From positions 21,514,001 to 21,578,000 of the forward strand of contig JBHGNT010000007.1 in assembly GCA_043228905.1 (NCBI GenBank): a stretch of DNA of 64,000 nt, written 5' to 3'. Position 1 is the first letter of the stretch. Each line of letters starts with the position of its first letter. Positions 59,117-64,000 of this stretch are shown one piece after another. The position numbers were made by a program, and so were the translations under genes. This DNA is from Azolla caroliniana. Its lineage: Eukaryota; Plantae; Polypodiophyta. The notes beneath the pieces are model-generated. The model worked only from the letters and a program-made list of their open reading frames with translations, made no database searches and had not been told where the DNA came from.

Positions 59117-59424
59117 GGCGTGCGTCTCGGAGCAGAACAGAGCAGAACAGAACAGAAACAGAGCAGAGAAGAGAAGAGCAGAGATCTTCTGAAGAAGAAA
59201 GAAGAAGAAGAACAAAAGAATTAATGAAAGTCATGACCTTTTTACATCCTTATCTCTATAGTCTCTCCAAATTATAGAAATGGCCACAACAAGCTCAAGG
59301 ATCTCCACAATATGTACATCTTATTTGTATACATATATAATGGAAAGCAATGAAAAGAGAGCTTTTCTTGTCTTCACAGATGCCCCCCGAAGCTCACCTC
59401 ACAAACGCTCAATATATATGTATA

Positions 59425-59502
59425 ATATAATGAATGGTTCCGTCTAATCGAGCCCGCAACACTCTATATAATGAAATGGTTCTGTCCAATCGAGCCCGCA
59501 AT
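59425..59502. repeat. ~40-bp tandem duplication in the SPT6 upstream region
   Basis: tataatga(a)atggttc(c/t)gtc(t/c)aatcgagcccgcaa occurs twice. Confidence 0.7.
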
Positions 59503-60589
59503 ATCCGCACATTTTGTTATGGTTCGGACTGTATGTACGGTTTTCCATTGATCTGTAGGCGTGTTCTAGTGTAGCACATGGAAACGACACATGTGTTTGG
59601 CGTTGTTGCCAATGTCATGATGTGGCATGGCCGAAGGTAAAAAGAGGATAAAAAGGGGGGTCTCACCACAATCACAGGAACATATGTATATTTAACAAGA
59701 TATTATTAACTAATAAGTAAAGGTAAATGGCTTAGTGGTTAGAGCCATTGATTAAGTACAAGAGGTGTAGAGTTGGAATTTTTTGCTAACACGGCACATT
59801 TTAAGTAATTATTGCCATTTGCTTTGAAATAGCCGCCTAGAGGGCTTATTTTGGGTTACTCATTTTGTATTTTGTGAGTGCACCATTAGGGCTTTATGAG
59901 ATTCTTTTTAATTTTCTTCTTCTCCACTTACTTGGGATTTTAGGGTTTCTTCTTCGTCTTCTTCTTCTTCTTCTTCAGACTTGAAGGTTTCTTTTGTCTT
60001 CTTCTCAACATACTCGAGATTTGAGAGTTTTCTTCTTCATCTTCTTCACGAGTATTTAGAGTTCTTCTTTTTGTTGTTCTCAAGCGTACCTTGAGACCAA
60101 TTCTCTATTGAGCACCATTACGTGTTGGTGGCTTCCAAGAAGGGGTTCAACAAAATCACACACTAGTTGTGAAAGGGGAGGACGATGTGACCTGAGGACA
60201 CTACTTCAACTTGAGGGCCATTGTTGTTGAATGTAGATGAGGTCTCGGCGGTCCACTTGACTTACACCTTCATCGAAAACTCGACTATCTCCCCAACTTT
60301 CATTTTCGTGTATGCTTAATGACTATCTTGTAATCACGTTCATTATATCATTTCTCGTTACCACCATTATACTTAATCTTTACAAACATTTTGTAAACCC
60401 AACTTTATAAAGGGATTTCTTATATAAACGACCATCTACTTCTTAATACAAGGAAAATTTTAACTTAACCTTGTGTGCTTGTGTTAATCAAAGCCTAATC
60501 ATGTGTGCTAATTGCCCTATGTGTCTTTGTGAACGAGAGAGTTCAAGGATACGAGTGAAAGGAAGTCGCGAAGGCAAAATCTTCTCCAA

Positions 60590-60790
60590 CATACGTTTGA
60601 GTCCTCAGCTTTGTTCGAGTCCTTTGAATGTTCAAGTCACCATGAGCATTCAAGTTGTCGAGCATTCGAGTTCCCTTAATATTTGAGTTCTTCGAGCGTT
60701 CCCTCAACATTCAAGCTCCCTCTATGTTCAAGTTGCCATGAGCATTCAAGTTCCCTCTATGTTCGAGTTGCCAAGGACATTTGAGTTCTT
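60590..60790. repeat. Degenerate minisatellite of TTC(G/A)AGTT units
   Basis: Repeated ttcgagttcc / ttcaagttgccatgagca / ctctatgttc units. Confidence 0.55.
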
Positions 60791-61063
60791 TGCAAGGTTT
60801 CTATTCCCTAAGTTTTTGTTACAAAGATAATAATGCTTATTATGTTCAGTGGACTCGTCGAGATAATTCTTTATACACTTGATACAAATCCCCAAGAAAC
60901 CTTGCTTTAGTGCCACAAACTTGGTTGGTAAGCTCTCTATATTTAAAAAACACAAATGTATTAGTGTTGATTCACAAATGCATTAGCAAAGTGTTGGGTA
61001 AGATCTCATGCATGCTTAACATTTGGTTCTTGTGTATGTTCACCACTTGGCCATAAGGAGAAA

Positions 61064-61775
61064 TGTTATGACAAAAATTACAATGATTATGTCCCAATGT
61101 TTAAGTCATGCACAATGGTGGTCATGGGTTCAAGCCCCTTGTGTGATGTGTACCATTTTGTAGAGTCAAATGAATGAGAGTGTTATACATTCTTAGGGTT
61201 TTTGCTATTTTAAGGTTCATGTGTCTTTATCAAAAGAGCTATTTGAAGGGAAATTCATGTGCTTATGTTTGCCTCTTCTTAATTTTGAAGACAATAACAA
61301 CGATCTCTTACATGGTTTCAAGCATCTCTCTCTACTTTATCCTCCTCTATAAACATCACAAAACCATGGCCACCATCAACTCAGAAGAATATCTCACCCT
61401 TGTTGTAGAAATGGAGAATCTTAAATCCAAGTTCGCATCTCTCGAATTAGAGCATCAACGTCTTCTTGGAGATCTACAAAAGGTTATTATGGAGAAGCAA
61501 CAACAACAAGAGGAGTTTGCACGACGGGTGCACCGATTAGAAGTGTCTCTTGGATCTTCCCAAGGTCGCATGAAACCCTAGTGCTAAGCATCACCTTCAT
61601 CGACTACACCGAATCCAGTTAGCGTTATCTTCACATCTTCAAACAACTCAAGCACAACATAAGACCAACACACATCGCCATCGTCTTAAGTCTCCTTTTA
61701 AGGTTGGTGACCAAGTATGGTTGCTTCGTCATCACATCAAGACTACCCGGTCATGTGAGAAGCTCGATTATATAG
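61064..61775 (+). mobile_element. Internally deleted Gypsy (chromovirus-like) relic: putative LTR, gag N-terminus, integrase C-terminal fragment
   Basis: Putative LTR TGTTA(61064)...TTACA(61312) followed by a degenerate PBS TGGTTTCAAGC. Coiled-coil gag-like MATINSEEYL.... FKVGDQVWLLRHHIKTTRSCEKLDY matches VWLLRRNISTTRPCAKLDY of the 20195-23045 element. Confidence 0.55.
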
Positions 61776-61984
61776 ATGGATCCCAAAGTTTCCTATCTAT
61801 GTGGGATATTTCACAATTCTATTTTACTTATCTTCTCAAACTTCATATTCACATATCTTGATACTTATTTATCCGTTTCATGTGTAGAAAAATGCGTTAT
61901 AAAGCTCTTGAACATATCTATCTTCCCATATCAATCCATTAAGCTAATCTTAAATACTTATTTGACTAGTTTTCATATCATGTG

Positions 61985-64000
61985 TGAAAAAACACACAAC
62001 AACGCCAATAGCCGACCGATCCTAAACTTGGACGAAACAATCGGCCAAGTTCTCATAGAGGACATCAGGCGAAAATCGATGGGACTAAACATTGATGAGT
62101 CGACAGAAGCCCATCACTTGACCGAGTTGTTCGACCGACAGAGTCGAACGAAAGAACAAGCCGACAAAATCGATCGACGCTACAACCGATCGAAAACAAG
62201 GGGAGACCGACCGTTGTCGAAGTCGAAAACGGGCCGATCAAGTGAGTATTGCACACACTACAAGAAAGTTGGCCACAATGTTTCTGACTACTGGTCATTA
62301 AAAAGAAAAGAGAGTGGTTGGCGGTCCGAGCGGAATCGGGGACGTTCCAACTCAGACCACCCTCCAATAGGCAACCAGATCAACGTTGCCGACACAAGAT
62401 CCGAAGAAATCCTCTCCTTAGAGGACTCAATGATCAGAGAAGTCCTCTACAGTGCACAAGTTGCACACACATGGCTACTAGACTTTGGTGCCACATTTCA
62501 CGTGACCCCCAACATTGAATGGTTCTCGAACTATTCAGTTGACACTAACGGCACAGTCCGATTGGGAAACGGATAGGAATGCAAGATAGCCGGAACCGGG
62601 GAGGTTCCTATTAGATTGCCAAATGGCAACACAATAACCCTGCACTGAGTTCGGCACGTACCTGATCTAAAGAGGAGTCTGGTCTCCATCGGCATGTTAG
62701 CCGAAGACGGGTATCGAACGACTCTACACGAGTTGACATGGGTGATCAGTCGAGGAAACCTCAAAATCGGTAGTGGGCACAAGTATAATAATCTATACCC
62801 ATTGATGGCGATCAACTCTGAAGGGACCGTGAACATAACTGAGAAAACCAACCCAAACTTATGGCATGGCCGACTTGGCCACATGTCTCAAGCCAGACTT
62901 GATCGACTGTTGTCAGTCGACTACATTCTGAAACTCCAGGCAAAGACGAACTTCTGCGAGCATTGTCAATATGGGAAACAGATTCGAAGTCCGCACTCTC
63001 TCCACTACGAGACGGTACGACAACCCCTAAAGCTCGTGCACACATACATATGTGGGCCCATCCTAGAGTGATCACTAGGAGGCTCCCGGTACTTCATCAC
63101 ATTTGTAGATGATTGTACACAGAAAGTTTGGGCATACTCCATCAAGTCCAAAGATGAAGCGCTCAAAGTCTTCACTCGATGGATATCTGAAGTGGAGAAC
63201 TGGTGGGGATATAGAGTGAAGACACTTCGATCCGGCAACGGAGGTGAGTACACCTCTAGAGCCTTTAAATAGTACCTGTCCGGAAAAGGGATCCGACACC
63301 AAAAGACCGTTCCCTACACACCCTTGCAAAATGGAGTGGCGGAACGGATCAACAGGATGATCCAAGAGAGGGTGATGGCAATGCTCCAGCAAGCCGGACT
63401 GAAGCTGGAATTCTGGGCCGAGGGATTGCAGACGGCAGTGTACCTAATAAATTTGGTGCCGTTAAGAGCAATCAGGCTCGAAGTGCCACAAGCACTATGG
63501 TTAAGCAAATAACCGACCTATGATAGGCTCTGTATATTCGGATGCAAAGCCTACACATTCATCCCTAGGGACAAAAGGATGAAGTTGGCACCCCATGCAA
63601 CGAAGTGCATATTTCTTGGTTATGGAACCGATGGGGACTTCGGCTACAAGCTATGGGACCCTGAGAGCCGGAAACTGATCCAGAGCAGTGACGTGGTCTT
63701 CAATGAAGACTCTATCTTCTCTCAACGGAACCAACAAAAAACAATTGGTAAGAAGGTATCCTTTGAAGATGACAGCACTGTCGTAGAAGGACCGACCCAT
63801 TGGGCCGAATTGGAGACTCGACAAACAGTTGAACTCCAACAAGCTGCCAACTTCCTGCCGACACCAAATCGGCAATATGTCCTATCGTCGAACTCAAAGA
63901 CAAAGTCATCAAAGACACAACCGAATCGACTAGGATCGATAAAGGCAAAGTCACCAAGAGACAAGTTAGAAAAGAGTCGACGACAACCACAGGGGAGGAC
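61985..64000 (+). mobile_element. Decayed Ty1/Copia internal region (gag knuckle, protease, integrase), running off the window end
   Basis: CTHYKKVGHNVSDYW, WLLDFGATFHVT, LWHGRLGHMS, CEHCQYGKQ, LVHTYICGP, YFITFVDD, PLQNGVAERINR and KCIFLGYG, with several stops. Confidence 0.85.

Noticed and set aside
61174-62576. Host genes for ORFs 61174-61581 and 61776-62576
   Set aside because: They are chimeric read-throughs of LTR or AT-rich DNA into Gypsy gag and Copia gag/protease fragments.

Overview
Land-plant nuclear DNA, probably from a fern or other non-seed vascular plant (inferred from the PPR style and the TE lineages). There are three host genes: a 3-exon DUF506/PDDEXK-like gene (+, 4251-6477), an intronless PLS-class PPR gene (-, 47839-49944) and a 16-exon SPT6/SPT6L gene with a GW/WG AGO-hook tail (-, 51494-59116). 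About 33 kb of nested TEs lie between DUF506 and the PPR gene, and most junctions resolve to the base by target-site duplications (TSDs). They comprise a decayed Copia (10936-16231), an L1 LINE cut by a truncated chromovirus, an old non-L1 LINE carrying a hAT MITE (itself holding a solo LTR), and a pair of INVERTED chromovirus-family LTRs with a near-perfect 5-bp TSD (24626-42020). That pair holds a solo LTR and a Copia (26029-41569). The Copia in turn holds a very young Athila-like Gypsy (28835-38697) with apparently identical LTRs. Main candidates for novelty: (1) this Gypsy has an intact ~900-1000-aa extra ORF (PMD-like domain plus long coiled coil, no transmembrane segment), one in-frame TGA between gag and pol, and no canonical PPT; (2) the inverted-LTR insertion; (3) tRNA-like Pol III boxes and P1BS/HSE arrays inside LTRs, with later insertions landing in the tRNA-like segments; (4) a conserved, potentially bistable hairpin enclosing the PPT in both Copia elements. 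All comparisons were done by eye, with no database searches.
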